NCBI GenBank assembly: GCA_048213135.1
Contig: PS015009.1
Coordinates: forward strand, 1,240,001 to 1,304,000
Length of the DNA stretch: 64,000 nucleotides
Reading direction: 5' to 3'
Source of the DNA: Reclinomonas americana ATCC 50394
Taxonomy: Eukaryota
Shown here: one piece after another, positions 1-9,853 of the stretch
Position numbering within the stretch: position 1 is the stretch's first letter
Layout: every line of letters begins with the position of its first letter
The notes under the pieces: model-generated
What the model was told of the DNA's origin: nothing
The model's database searches: none
The model's input: only the letters and a program-made list of their open reading frames with translations
Program-made: the position numbers and the translations under genes

Positions 1-2
1 GT

Positions 3-455
3 GGCATAGATCTGCTGATAGAATATAAAAAGATCCGTAAGGACTGTAAGTTCATTTTCCTTACTTCGATTGTGGAAGTGCAAACCATCCGTCATGCCAT
101 GCGCAATGGCGCCAGCGGCTACCTGTCAAAAGATACCAGCCCCGATGAACTGGCCGACTGCATACTGGCCGTGCACGGCGGCGATTCCTATATCGGGGAA
201 AACCTCAGGAATGCGCTCATCAGGAATTCTTTTGCAGAAGACCGCTTTGTATATAATCTTTCGCCCCGCGAAAAGGAACTGCTCAACCAGGTTTGCTCCG
301 GAAAAACGATCAAAGAAGCCGCATATGATATGGGCCTGAGTGTAAACACTGTTCAAACCTATTATAAATCCGTATTAAAGAAATTCAATCTCAACCGTAC
401 AGCAGATCTTATTGTTTTTGCCATTCAAAACGGGTTGTATAACCCTCAGAAATAA
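3..455 (+). CDS. NarL/FixJ-family response regulator (REC + LuxR HTH), 5'-truncated by window edge
   Basis: Frame open from position 3 (GIDLLIEYKKIRKDCKFIFLTS...GASGYLSK); C-terminal LSPREKELL...GKTIKEAA..MGLSVNTVQTY LuxR HTH. Confidence 0.9.
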   Translation, partial: GIDLLIEYKKIRKDCKFIFLTSIVEVQTIRHAMRNGASGYLSKDTSPDELADCILAVHGGDSYIGENLRNALIRNSFAEDRFVYNLSPREKELLNQVCSGKTIKEAAYDMGLSVNTVQTYYKSVLKKFNLNRTADLIVFAIQNGLYNPQK

Positions 456-573
456 ATGTCGTAATCGTGTATACCCGGCCTGATTTTAAGTTAGCCCTCC
501 TACTTACTTATTGTAACAACTACTCCCAATTTAGGGTAGTAAAATCAGGTACATCTTATTGATTTTTGTATTC

Positions 574-1251
574 ATGGAAACACAAAGAATTGATCCGCCA
601 ACCCTCCTGATCGCAGATAACCAGCGACTCTTTGCCGAAGCCATAGCCTACATGCTTTCCTGCCTGCGTCCCGACTGGATGCTGGAAGTATGTACCTCCG
701 CATCCGACCTGAAAAATAAACTGGCCGGAAATATGCCGGGTATCGTTTTAATGGAGATAGCGATGAGAGATATCAATGGGCTTGACTACATCAGGGAACT
801 CAGGAAAAAGAATATCCGCCCCCTTGTCCTCAGTCATGTTACGAATGCCAAAGCCATTCGTGCGGCCATCAAGAACGGGGCGCAGGGTTACTTCAGCAAA
901 ACCACCACCGCAGAGGAACTGGTTAATGGTATTGTTTCCGTGATGCAGGGGGAGTGTTATATCGGGGAGGACCTGAAAAAGGGTTTGATCTCCAGCGTGC
1001 TCTCTGAAGAAAGCATTCAATTCAGCAACCTTTCTCCGCGGGAAAAAGAGGTGCTGCAAAAGATCTGTTCAGGGAAAACGATCAAGGAAGCCGCGGCGGA
1101 AATGGAGCTTAGTCCCAATACGCTGAAAACTTATTACAGGGCCATACTGAAAAAATTCAACCTGAACCGTGCATCCGACCTTATTGTAATGGCCCTTAAA
1201 CACGGGCTTTATGTGCCTGCCCCCGGGTACTCCGGCACGCCTGTACGATAA
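574..1251 (+). CDS. NarL/FixJ-family response regulator with atypical receiver (Glu at phosphoacceptor position)
   Basis: ATG at 574 in frame with track ORF 559-1251; LLIADNQ...IVLMEIAM...GAQGYFSK receiver and LSPREKEVL LuxR HTH; paralogue of upstream gene. Confidence 0.88.
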   Translation: METQRIDPPTLLIADNQRLFAEAIAYMLSCLRPDWMLEVCTSASDLKNKLAGNMPGIVLMEIAMRDINGLDYIRELRKKNIRPLVLSHVTNAKAIRAAIKNGAQGYFSKTTTAEELVNGIVSVMQGECYIGEDLKKGLISSVLSEESIQFSNLSPREKEVLQKICSGKTIKEAAAEMELSPNTLKTYYRAILKKFNLNRASDLIVMALKHGLYVPAPGYSGTPVR

Positions 1252-1310
1252 CCCGCTTTTGTTTCCTTAAGCAGGGGTAAACGGATCGTGAATTCATCTT
1301 ACACAGGAAG

Positions 1311-1342
1311 AAAAATAAAAAACCCGGTCGCCCGGGTTTTAT
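1311..1342 (-). terminator. Intrinsic terminator downstream of rho (probably bidirectional)
   Basis: aaaacccgg-tcgc-ccgggtttt hairpin flanked by A/T tracts between convergent genes. Confidence 0.75.
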
Positions 1343-1366
1343 TGTATGCTATAATCAGTTTAGTTT

Positions 1367-3010
1367 TTATCCATTCATAGATGTCAGGAACTCCGCATTG
1401 TCTTTTGTTCCTTTCATGTTCTTCAGCAGCAGGTTGATCGCTTCTTCGGGGTTCATATCCGCCATGTGCTTGCGCAGTACCCACATGCGCTGGAAGGTAT
1501 CTTTGTCCAGCAGCAGGTCGTCGCGGCGTGTAGAAGAAGATACGATGTCGATAGCAGGATAGATACGCCTGTTAGACAGTTTGCGTTCCAGCTGCAGTTC
1601 CATGTTACCGGTACCTTTGAATTCTTCGAAGATCACCTCATCCATTTTACTGCCGGTATCCACGAGGGCGGTAGCGATGATGGTGAGTGAACCGCCGTTC
1701 TCGATCTTACGGGCGGCGCCGAAGAATTGTTTGGGCTTTTGCATGGCGTTGGCTTCCACACCACCACTGAGTACTTTACCACTGGAAGGCGCTACGGTAT
1801 TGTGTGCACGGGCCAGGCGGGTAATGCTGTCGAGCAGGATCACCACATCATGACCGCACTCCACCAGGCGCTTCGCTTTTTGCAGAGCGATGGTAGATAC
1901 TTTAACGTGTTTTTCCGCCGGTTCATCGAAGGTAGACGCAATCACTTCCGCTTTCACGCTGCGTTCCATATCGGTCACCTCTTCCGGCCTTTCATCCACC
2001 AGCACGATCATCAGGTAACATTCCGGGTGATTTTCCGCGATGGCATTGGCCAGTTCTTTCAGCAGCATCGTTTTACCTGTTTTAGGCTGCGCCACAATAA
2101 GGCCTCGCTGTCCTTTACCAATGGGTGTGAACAGGTCCATGATCCTTGTGCTGTAATTATCGGAACGAACACAAAGGTTCAGTTTTTCGAACGGGAACAA
2201 TGGTGTGAGGTAATCGAAAGGAACGCGGTCACGCACTTCTTCCGGAGACTTACCATTGATCGTTTCCACTTTCAGCAAAGCGAAATATTTTTCACCTTCT
2301 TTCGGCGGGCGGACACTGCCATAAACCGTGTCGCCTGTTTTCAAACCAAACAGTTTTATCTGTGAAGGAGAAACATAAATATCATCGGGAGAAGAAAGGT
2401 AGTTGTAATCGCTGCTGCGGAGGAAGCCGTAGCCGTCGGGCATCATTTCCAGTACGCCTTCGCCAAGAACAACACCGTCAAATTCGATATTGAAAACGGG
2501 TTGCTGGTCGCGGCGCTGCGGGTATTGTTTGGATTGCTGTGCAGGCATTTCCACTTCGGGTTGCTGTACATCTTCTTCCTGCAGCATTTGGGCTATGGCT
2601 GGTGGTATGGTACTTTGTTCGTCGGTGATGGGTTGCAGGTCTTCTTCTTCCTCTGTTGTTTCGGGTGCTTTCCTGGGCGCTTTTTTCTCTGCTTCAGGTT
2701 TACGGGCCGCTTCCGGTTTTTTATCGGTGTCGGCACCGCGTTTGGCCCTCACGGGTTCTTTCTTGGGAGCGGCTTCCTGCATCACTTCTGCATCTTCTGT
2801 TGTATTGGCTGTAGAGGCTTTTACAATGCGTTTCCTTTTTGGTTTTTCGTCGTTGTTTTTAACGGCTGCGTTCATAATGGCTTGTTTGTCGAGAATCTTG
2901 TAGATAAGATCCTGCTTGTTTAGTTTTTTAGTATTGGGGATGGAAAGCTGCTCAGCAATATCAAGCAGCTCAGGAACGAGCAGGTCGTTCAGTTGTAAAA
3001 TATCGTACAT
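1367..3010 (-). CDS. rho: Transcription termination factor Rho with N-terminal low-complexity insertion
   Basis: [66 protein letters not shown]. Confidence 0.98.
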   Translation of the reverse strand: MYDILQLNDLLVPELLDIAEQLSIPNTKKLNKQDLIYKILDKQAIMNAAVKNNDEKPKRKRIVKASTANTTEDAEVMQEAAPKKEPVRAKRGADTDKKPEAARKPEAEKKAPRKAPETTEEEEDLQPITDEQSTIPPAIAQMLQEEDVQQPEVEMPAQQSKQYPQRRDQQPVFNIEFDGVVLGEGVLEMMPDGYGFLRSSDYNYLSSPDDIYVSPSQIKLFGLKTGDTVYGSVRPPKEGEKYFALLKVETINGKSPEEVRDRVPFDYLTPLFPFEKLNLCVRSDNYSTRIMDLFTPIGKGQRGLIVAQPKTGKTMLLKELANAIAENHPECYLMIVLVDERPEEVTDMERSVKAEVIASTFDEPAEKHVKVSTIALQKAKRLVECGHDVVILLDSITRLARAHNTVAPSSGKVLSGGVEANAMQKPKQFFGAARKIENGGSLTIIATALVDTGSKMDEVIFEEFKGTGNMELQLERKLSNRRIYPAIDIVSSSTRRDDLLLDKDTFQRMWVLRKHMADMNPEEAINLLLKNMKGTKDNAEFLTSMNG

Positions 3011-3258
3011 AAAAAATTGAAAAATTCTTTCGTCAAAAATCCGGGCTTAAAATCTGAAAATGAAATGAGAATTTATGATTGATGGAATGGAGAACCTGAT
3101 AAAGAGAATGGTTGGATAAACTTATCAGCCTTGTTCCGGAGCCAAAACTAGGCTTTTTTTCGCAAATCAGCAATTTTTTGGATGGACGGCAGGCGGTTTT
3201 TGGCCCTCAAAAGGCCTTCCGGGGCGGAATTGGCGCCGCAGGATCGGCGTTCTATCGT

Positions 3259-3266
3259 TATATTTG
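3259..3266 (+). promoter_or_regulatory. Bacteroidota primary-sigma -7 element for asnS
   Basis: TATATTTG matches TAnnTTTG, ~20 nt before ATG 3286. Confidence 0.7.
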
Positions 3267-3285
3267 CAGCCTTCAAACCAATGAT

Positions 3286-4728
3286 ATGTTCAACAAAAGA
3301 GTGAAAATTAAGGCCTTACTGGCAAGCGATGATGTTAATTACGAAGCTACTGTGATGGGATGGGTACGCTCCTTCCGCAATAACCAGTTCATCAATGTAA
3401 ACGATGGCAGCACCAATAATAATATTCAGGTAGTGGCGGAACTGGGCAGGTTTGATGACAACCTTCTGAAACGCCTTACCACCGGCGCCTGTATTAAAGT
3501 TACCGGCCAGGTGATCGCTTCCCTGGGCAAAGGACAGAAGGTAGAATTAAAAGCGGAATCTATCGAAATACTGGGCGACAGCGACGCGGAAGCCTTCCCG
3601 ATGCAACCTAAAAAACACAGTCTTGAATTTTTACGCGAGAAAGCGCACCTGCGTTTCCGCACCAATACATTCAGTTCTGTTTTCAGGGTACGCCACGCGC
3701 TGGCATTCGCCATACATGAGTTCTTTAACAAACGCGGCTTTGTTTACCTGCATACACCCATCATCACCGCGAGTGATGCGGAAGGCGCAGGCGAAATGTT
3801 CCGCGTGACCACACTTCCTGTTGACGGTACGGCTCCTAAAAACGAGGACGGCTCCATCGACTTCAGCCAGGACTTCTTCGGCCGCAGCACCAACCTTACG
3901 GTGAGCGGACAACTGGAAGGCGAACTGGCAGCAACGGCCTTTGGCGAGATCTATACTTTCGGCCCCACATTCCGTGCAGAGAACAGCAACACCACGCGTC
4001 ACCTGGCGGAGTTCTGGATGATTGAACCCGAAGTAGCGTTCAACGACCTGGAAGATAATATGAACCTGGCGGAAGACTTTATCAAGTACGTGATCAGCTA
4101 CGCCATGGAGCATAACAAAGAAGACCTTGAGTTCCTGGCACAACGACTGGAAGAGGAAGAAAAACAAAAACCACAGACTGAACGAAGCGATATGGGGCTG
4201 ATCGATAAACTGAATTTTGTGGTGAACAACGATTTTCAGCGACTTACTTATACAGAAGCGATAGACATCCTGAAAGAAAGCAATCACAATAAGAAAAAGA
4301 AATTCCAGTACCTGATCGAAGGCTGGGGTGCCGATCTGCAAAGTGAACACGAACGCTACCTGGTGGAAAAGCATTTTAAAAAACCGGTGATCCTTACTGA
4401 CTATCCAAAAGAGATCAAGGCTTTTTATATGCGCCAGAATGAAGATGGCAAAACCGTTGCCGCGATGGATATTCTTGCCCCCGGCATTGGTGAAATTGTT
4501 GGCGGATCACAAAGGGAAGAACGTATGGACAAGCTCCTGCAACGTATGGAAGAGATGCATATCCCTGCCGACGAACTGTGGTGGTACCTGGATACCCGCC
4601 GCTTTGGCAGTTGCCCGCACGCCGGCTTTGGGCTTGGCTTTGAACGCCTGGTACAATTCGTTACCGGCATGGGCAATATCCGCGACGTGATACCTTTCCC
4701 ACGCTATCCAAAGAGTGCAGAGTTTTAA
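3286..4728 (+). CDS. asnS: Asparagine--tRNA ligase
   Basis: OB-fold start (GWVRSFR), [37 protein letters not shown] 3286 preferred over track TTG 3112 because the promoter lies at 3259. Confidence 0.97.
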   Translation: MFNKRVKIKALLASDDVNYEATVMGWVRSFRNNQFINVNDGSTNNNIQVVAELGRFDDNLLKRLTTGACIKVTGQVIASLGKGQKVELKAESIEILGDSDAEAFPMQPKKHSLEFLREKAHLRFRTNTFSSVFRVRHALAFAIHEFFNKRGFVYLHTPIITASDAEGAGEMFRVTTLPVDGTAPKNEDGSIDFSQDFFGRSTNLTVSGQLEGELAATAFGEIYTFGPTFRAENSNTTRHLAEFWMIEPEVAFNDLEDNMNLAEDFIKYVISYAMEHNKEDLEFLAQRLEEEEKQKPQTERSDMGLIDKLNFVVNNDFQRLTYTEAIDILKESNHNKKKKFQYLIEGWGADLQSEHERYLVEKHFKKPVILTDYPKEIKAFYMRQNEDGKTVAAMDILAPGIGEIVGGSQREERMDKLLQRMEEMHIPADELWWYLDTRRFGSCPHAGFGLGFERLVQFVTGMGNIRDVIPFPRYPKSAEF

Positions 4729-4744
4729 TAGTCGCAAGTATAAA

Positions 4745-4808
4745 GTATCAAGTATAAAGATGAGTCCCCGGCGGGGCAGATTCCCGTTCCTGTCTTTATA
4801 CTTGATAC
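4745..4808. repeat. 16-bp perfect inverted repeat built from degenerate 7-mer units
   Basis: gtatcaagtataaaga (4745-4760) and tctttatacttgatac (4793-4808) are exact reverse complements. Confidence 0.8.
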
Positions 4809-4830
4809 CTGCTACTTAATACCCCACAAA

Positions 4831-5781
4831 ATGAATCGTCTTGATCGCATCACCGCTATACTCATTCAACTGCAGTCCAAGCGGGTGGTGAAGGCGCAGG
4901 AGATTGCCGACCGTTTCAACATTAGCCTGCGCACTGTTTACCGCGATATTAAAAGTTTAGACGATGCCGGTGTGCCTGTTATCGGCGAAGCGGGACTGGG
5001 CTATTCCATTATGGAAGGTTACCGCCTGCCGCCGGTGATGTTCACCCGCGACGAAGCCACCGCGTTTCTCACAGCGGAAAAACTGGTGGAAAAACTCACT
5101 GACGCTTCCACGCAGCAGGTGTATCAATCAGCCATGTTCAAGATCAAAGCGGTGCTTCGCTTATCAGAGAAAGATCATATCGAAAATATAGAACAACATA
5201 TCCGCGTGGTGGAAAGCCCTTACCTGGCAGGCCACCTCAATGAAACCACGCACCTGCAACCTTTATTGACTGCCATTGCCGATAAATCTGTACTCCACAT
5301 CAGCTATTTTGCTGAACACAGCCAGGAAGAAACCAAACGTGACGTGGAGCCCGTTGGCATCTTTTACCTGGGGCGGCACTGGTACCTGGTAGCCTTCTGC
5401 CGTTTGCGTAAGGATTACCGCACTTTCCGCACAGAACGTATCAAAACGCTATCCACTACTGATCAGTATTTCGAGCCCATCCATCCCGCGCTGCAATCTT
5501 TTCTCGATAAAATGTCGAGAGAAAAAGAGCTCCACAAAGTAGTGATCCGCGTAGAGAAAAAGGTTCTTAAATATTTCGGCGAGCAGAAATATTACAATGG
5601 CTATGTCTCTCACCGCGAAGCCGGCGATGGTCATGTTGAAATGGATTTTCTCACCGAATCGCTTACCGGGTTTGCGAAGTGGTATTTGTTATTTGGCGCC
5701 TATGCCGACATTATTACACCGGATTCTTTAAAGGGTATTGTGAAGAAGGAAGTAGAGTCGGTTTTGAAAAAGCTTTCTTAA
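4831..5781 (+). CDS. YafY-family transcriptional regulator (wHTH + WYL + WCX)
   Basis: MNRLDRITAILIQLQ...ISLRTVYRDI wHTH; RDVEP...HWYLVAFCRLRKDYRTFRTERI WYL domain. Confidence 0.95.
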   Translation: MNRLDRITAILIQLQSKRVVKAQEIADRFNISLRTVYRDIKSLDDAGVPVIGEAGLGYSIMEGYRLPPVMFTRDEATAFLTAEKLVEKLTDASTQQVYQSAMFKIKAVLRLSEKDHIENIEQHIRVVESPYLAGHLNETTHLQPLLTAIADKSVLHISYFAEHSQEETKRDVEPVGIFYLGRHWYLVAFCRLRKDYRTFRTERIKTLSTTDQYFEPIHPALQSFLDKMSREKELHKVVIRVEKKVLKYFGEQKYYNGYVSHREAGDGHVEMDFLTESLTGFAKWYLLFGAYADIITPDSLKGIVKKEVESVLKKLS

Positions 5782-5951
5782 CACCGGGGTCTCGTGCCGA
5801 AGACCCCGTCGGAACAGAAAAGGTATATTAATGTGGGGATATGTGAATGTGCAGATGTGCGTATGCGTGAATTTTTTCAACTGCGGATATCCGGCGTGGT
5901 AGTGCCATTAAACACCGGGGGCTCGTGCCGAAGACCCCGTCGAAACAGAAA
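5780..5951 (+). repeat. Two 41-bp REP-like palindromic direct repeats (5780-5820, 5911-5951)
   Basis: 39/41 identical; internal hairpin cggggtct-cgtgccga-agaccccg. Confidence 0.85.
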
Positions 5952-6016
5952 TTAACCAATCCGCACATCTGCACATTCACACATCCGCACATCCGCACAT
6001 TCTCAAATTTTCTCAT
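5831..6016. repeat. Degenerate 8-mer tandem arrays (ATGTGCGG-like) in inverted orientation
   Basis: atgtgggg...atgtgcagatgtgcgt at 5831-5870 and ccgcacat-ctgcacat-tcacacat-ccgcacat-ccgcacat at ~5961-6000. Confidence 0.75.
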
Positions 6017-6023
6017 TTCCTGT

Positions 6024-6039
6024 TGACATAGGGCTGTCA
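6024..6039. promoter_or_regulatory. Palindromic operator TGACA-N6-TGTCA upstream of dinB-like gene (candidate WYL-regulator site)
   Basis: TGACA-TAGGGC-TGTCA, just upstream of a -7-like ttcctttg (6051-6058). Confidence 0.6.
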
Positions 6040-6079
6040 CTACCCCGTCTTTCCTTTGTGTTATAAAAAACAACACACT

Positions 6080-6577
6080 ATGTCACAGATCACATTATTT
6101 CAGCGCGAGCTGGAGAACGAAGCCAAAACCACCCGCAAAATGCTGTCGGTGGTGCCTAATGACAAATACGACTGGAAACCTCATCCCAAGAGCATGAGCA
6201 TCCGCCAGTTGTCCACCCATATCGCCGAACTCCCCTCCTGGATCGGTATGGTGCTGAACACTACAGAGCTTGATTTTGCCGCCAACCCGTACGAGCAGGC
6301 ACCCGTTAACGACACCCCCGCCCTGCTGGAATTGTTTGAAAAAAGCCTGGAAGACACAAGAGGTGAACTGTCCAGGGCCAGGGAAGAACAACTTGGCGAA
6401 GAATGGACATTACGCAACGGGGAACAGATCTACAGCAAAGAACCCAAGGCCGATGTGATCAGGATGGCGCTTTCGCAGATCATCCATCACCGTGCCCAGC
6501 TGGGTGTTTTTTTACGCCTGCTGGATGTACCTATCCCGGGCAGCTACGGTCCGAGTGCTGATGACAACAACTTTTAG
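6080..6577 (+). CDS. DinB/YfiT-family protein
   Basis: WKPHPKSMS..QLSTHIA and IIHHRAQLGVFLRLL..PIPGSYGPSAD; ATG 6080. Confidence 0.92.
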   Translation: MSQITLFQRELENEAKTTRKMLSVVPNDKYDWKPHPKSMSIRQLSTHIAELPSWIGMVLNTTELDFAANPYEQAPVNDTPALLELFEKSLEDTRGELSRAREEQLGEEWTLRNGEQIYSKEPKADVIRMALSQIIHHRAQLGVFLRLLDVPIPGSYGPSADDNNF

Positions 6578-6636
6578 TGCTGGGACATAGAGTACAAGTC
6601 GTGAAGACAGGGGCCGGGGCGAAAGTCCCGGTCTTC

Positions 6637-7773
6637 TTATTCCGCCACCGGCCGGCTGTTGGAGCTTTTAACCGCGGCGAACTTACTTTTTAAGGTGAGG
6701 AACCATTTTTCTATGTATTCATACGACAACCACGACAGGATTATGGTTACGCCGGTAACAAATACATAAATAAAGATGTACTTGGCCAGATCGGGCCACT
6801 GCAATCCTTTGAACCACCTGGCCGAGAAAAAGATCACCAGCGGGTGGATGATGTACATGCCGTAAGATATTTTACCCAGGAAATCGCAGATCGCATTGTC
6901 GAGGTTGATCAGCCTGTTCTTTACGGTGATCTGACCTAATATGATGGCCACCGTTACCACGCTGATGAACTCGTGGTCGATCACGGAAGCAATGTGAAAT
7001 TTGTTGAGCAGTATAAGCCCGATCACCAGCCAGCATAAGGCCTGCGTGATCTTCGAAGTCAGCAAACGGATGAGCCATTCTTTCTTATTGAAATAATAAA
7101 TAGCCCCCAAACTGCCGATGAGCATACAATCGAAACGGATTACGTTGAAGCTGGCCGCGGCAATGGTATGCATATGGAAAAAATGGAAATAGCATTTAAG
7201 GATGATGAACACCACGATGAAGCCGATCACAAACCACTCCAGCCCCCGCTTTATTTTTTTAACCACCCAGGGCCAGAAGAGGTAGTATTGCTCTTCCACA
7301 CCCAGCGACCAGTAGTGCCGCAAAAACGGAAGCGTGGTTTCGGTAATGAAAGGGATATTTTCAAAGATGAACGGGATATTGGCCGCGTAAAAAATATACA
7401 ACAGCAAAGTGCCACCATCGAACCGCAGGCCGAAATAAAAAATGACGACGAGTGCCGCGATGAGGTATAAATAATACAACGGCCAGATGCGCAGGATACG
7501 ACGGAGGTAAAAGTTTTTAATGTTGATCTCCTGCTTTTCCTTTTCCGCCAGCAACAGGTAAGTGATCAGGAAGCCGCTGAGTGCGAAAAATATGGTAACA
7601 CCAAAACCCGCCATGGCAAAGCCTTTGGGTTTGCCATCGGGCATTACGCCAAAAAGAAAAGGGCTGAGGTTGAAGGTTTCGAAATCGACTGTTAAATGAA
7701 AGACCACCACCGACAGGGCAGCCAGCGCCCGCAAGCCGTTCAAGCCCGGAAAATAAATTGTTTTGGAGCTCAT
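6637..7773 (-). CDS. Acyltransferase-3 (OafA/YrhL) membrane O-acyltransferase
   Basis: GLNGLRALAALSVV.FH, FFALSGFLIT, FYLRRILRIWPLY, HYWSLGVEEQYY, LGKISYGMYIIH. Confidence 0.95.
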   Translation of the reverse strand: MSSKTIYFPGLNGLRALAALSVVVFHLTVDFETFNLSPFLFGVMPDGKPKGFAMAGFGVTIFFALSGFLITYLLLAEKEKQEINIKNFYLRRILRIWPLYYLYLIAALVVIFYFGLRFDGGTLLLYIFYAANIPFIFENIPFITETTLPFLRHYWSLGVEEQYYLFWPWVVKKIKRGLEWFVIGFIVVFIILKCYFHFFHMHTIAAASFNVIRFDCMLIGSLGAIYYFNKKEWLIRLLTSKITQALCWLVIGLILLNKFHIASVIDHEFISVVTVAIILGQITVKNRLINLDNAICDFLGKISYGMYIIHPLVIFFSARWFKGLQWPDLAKYIFIYVFVTGVTIILSWLSYEYIEKWFLTLKSKFAAVKSSNSRPVAE

Positions 7774-7874
7774 TCTGTGTAAATTACAGTTCGTTTTGGA
7801 TTAGCAGATGGGTTGAACACCGCTTTCAAAGATATTGGTTTACTTTATTATAACGCCGAACTAACTGTTTTACT

Positions 7875-8228
7875 ATGCAACCCCGCGAAATTCTTCAGCA
7901 ATGGATCGAGGCTTTCAACCGTGCCGATGTACCTGCTCTTGCCGACCTGTATGCCGATGATGCTGTGAACCACCAGGTGGCCAATGAACCCGTTTCCGGT
8001 AAAGCTGCCATTGTACAGATGTTCACCAATGAATTTGCCAATGCGGATATGGTATGCATCCCGGAAAATATTTTCCAGGATGGTGAATGGGCGATACTGG
8101 AATGGAAAGATCCGATGGGCCTGAGGGGTTGCGGCTTCTTTCACATCGTGAACGATAAGATCATTTTCCAGCGCGGCTACTGGGATAAGCTGTCCTTTAT
8201 TCGTTTATATCAACCCGGTAACGCGTAA
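7875..8228 (+). CDS. SnoaL-like / NTF2-family protein
   Basis: WIEAFNRAD...LYADDAV...G..AI; size and motifs typical of NTF2-like fold. Confidence 0.85.
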   Translation: MQPREILQQWIEAFNRADVPALADLYADDAVNHQVANEPVSGKAAIVQMFTNEFANADMVCIPENIFQDGEWAILEWKDPMGLRGCGFFHIVNDKIIFQRGYWDKLSFIRLYQPGNA

Positions 8229-9235
8229 TGGGACGCTATGCTTCAAAGGCAGGCACGGCCTGGCGCACGCCGGGGGTACTGGCATCGCTGTTGTGGCAAC
8301 TGCGTGCGCAGCGGTCCTTCCTCCGGCAGCACATTCAACCCATACTGGATGACACCCTGCTTCATAATGATGGCAGCATTGATGATAAAGACATCAAAAA
8401 GATCAACCACTATTATGGTCTCGCGGCGCCCGCCATTGTTGGTGAGGCGTTTTGCATTTTGCAGGGCAGGCCGGTATCGAAAGACGAACGTATGGCCTCC
8501 ACCTGCCAGGGTGCTATGACCGGGCTTTTTGACGACCTGTTTGATCAGCATTCCATATCGGAGGAACATTTGGATGACCTGGTCCACAACCCCGGCACTG
8601 CTACGCCTGCCAATACTCATGAACAATTGTTCCTTCATTTTTACAAAGAAATGCTGCGCCAGGTCCCCGACCCGGCTGAAACAACAGCACAACTGGTTAA
8701 AGTGGGGCGATCACAACAGGAGAGTAAAAAACAGGAAAGCACTGGCATCACAACAAAAGAGATTGAAAACATTACACTTGATAAAGGAGGGCAGTCGCTG
8801 ATCTTTTACCGGATGGCTTTTAACGACAGGGTTTGTGCTTCGGAAATGGAAATGCTGATGCAACTGGGTGGGCTTATACAACTGAGCAATGATATTTTCG
8901 ATGTATACAAAGACCTTCAGCAGGGCATTCACACGCTGGCCACGCAAACCCGGGACATACGCCAGTTGAGGGATTATTATTCGGCCTGGATAAATCGTTT
9001 CCGTGACATGGTAATGCAATCGGGCTATCATCGCTACAGGGCAGTGTTGTTCATTGAAAGATTTTCTATTGCGGTATTCAGCCGTTGCTTTGTCTGCCTC
9101 GACCAGTTTGAAAAATTGCAACGGCAATCCGGCGGCGTTTTTAACCCGCAACTATACGAACGCGGGCAACTGATCTGTGATATGGATACGGCGGGCAATA
9201 AGAGGAAGTCGGTGATGGCACATATTTTTCATTGA
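8228..9235 (+). CDS. Class 1 isoprenoid-synthase (terpene synthase/prenyltransferase) fold protein
   Basis: Asp-rich motifs GLFDDLFD and QLSNDIFDVYKDLQQG; TAATG stop/start overlap with upstream gene. Confidence 0.7.
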   Translation: MGRYASKAGTAWRTPGVLASLLWQLRAQRSFLRQHIQPILDDTLLHNDGSIDDKDIKKINHYYGLAAPAIVGEAFCILQGRPVSKDERMASTCQGAMTGLFDDLFDQHSISEEHLDDLVHNPGTATPANTHEQLFLHFYKEMLRQVPDPAETTAQLVKVGRSQQESKKQESTGITTKEIENITLDKGGQSLIFYRMAFNDRVCASEMEMLMQLGGLIQLSNDIFDVYKDLQQGIHTLATQTRDIRQLRDYYSAWINRFRDMVMQSGYHRYRAVLFIERFSIAVFSRCFVCLDQFEKLQRQSGGVFNPQLYERGQLICDMDTAGNKRKSVMAHIFH

Positions 9236-9299
9236 GTATAGAGTAGCAAGTATTGAGTATCAGGAAAAACCCGGCTATAAAACAAGCCCTCTCTTATTC

Positions 9300-9785
9300 T
9301 TATTGTTTGATGCTTGCAGCCTGTATTAGTTCTTTTACCAGGTCGGACTCGTATCCTTTTTGCAACATGTGATCCTGTAATTTCCTTTTTTTAATAAAGA
9401 TGTTCTTTTCTGATTTCAGCGACTTCAGTTTCGTTTCAAAAACCTTGTTCATTGTTGTTTCGTAGGCCTCATCATCTATCGAACGCAATGCTTTTTTAAT
9501 GCAATACTCACTCACCTGCCGCAGTTTCAGTTCGTATTTGATCTTGACCCGGCCCCATTGTTTCATCCTGAACTTACCACCGGCAAACTGTATGGCAAAG
9601 CGCTCTTCATTGAGGTAGTTCTCTTCAATCAGCGTTGACAGCAGCAATTCCACGTCTTTTGTGCTGAGCCCGTAACCATACAATTTATCCTTTACCTCTT
9701 TATGGCTGCGTTCCTGGTAGGCACAATATTGCCGGGCCTTGGGCAGGGCCTGTTCAGGTGTCAATCGCTGCGGTTTCTTTTCCAT
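9300..9785 (-). CDS. recX: Regulatory protein RecX
   Basis: YCAYQERSHKEV, LIEENYLNEERFA, WGRVKI; ATG 9785 preferred since TATATTTG promoter (9799-9792) overlaps the track TTG. Confidence 0.93.
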   Translation of the reverse strand: MEKKPQRLTPEQALPKARQYCAYQERSHKEVKDKLYGYGLSTKDVELLLSTLIEENYLNEERFAIQFAGGKFRMKQWGRVKIKYELKLRQVSEYCIKKALRSIDDEAYETTMNKVFETKLKSLKSEKNIFIKKRKLQDHMLQKGYESDLVKELIQAASIKQ

Positions 9786-9797
9786 AGGCTGCAAATA

Positions 9798-9823
9798 TAA
9801 AGAGCCGCCCCCAGAGCGACTCC
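9798..9823 (-). terminator. Intrinsic terminator ending the 4-gene surface-protein operon
   Basis: Minus strand gagtcgc-tctgggg-gcggctc-tttt ~30 nt after stop at 9854. Confidence 0.6.
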
Positions 9824-9853
9824 TTATGTATGATGCATAGATGGCCGTGCAGA

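Noticed and set aside
3112-3285. N-terminal extension of AsnS given by the ORF track
   Set aside because: It spans the promoter; the recognisable protein starts at ATG 3286. Similar over-extensions were trimmed for dinB, recX, the kinase, DUF1569, kdsD and the 343-aa gene.
5780-5951. Mini CRISPR array
   Set aside because: Only two repeats, the 90-nt spacer is itself low-complexity repeat, and there are no cas genes in the window.
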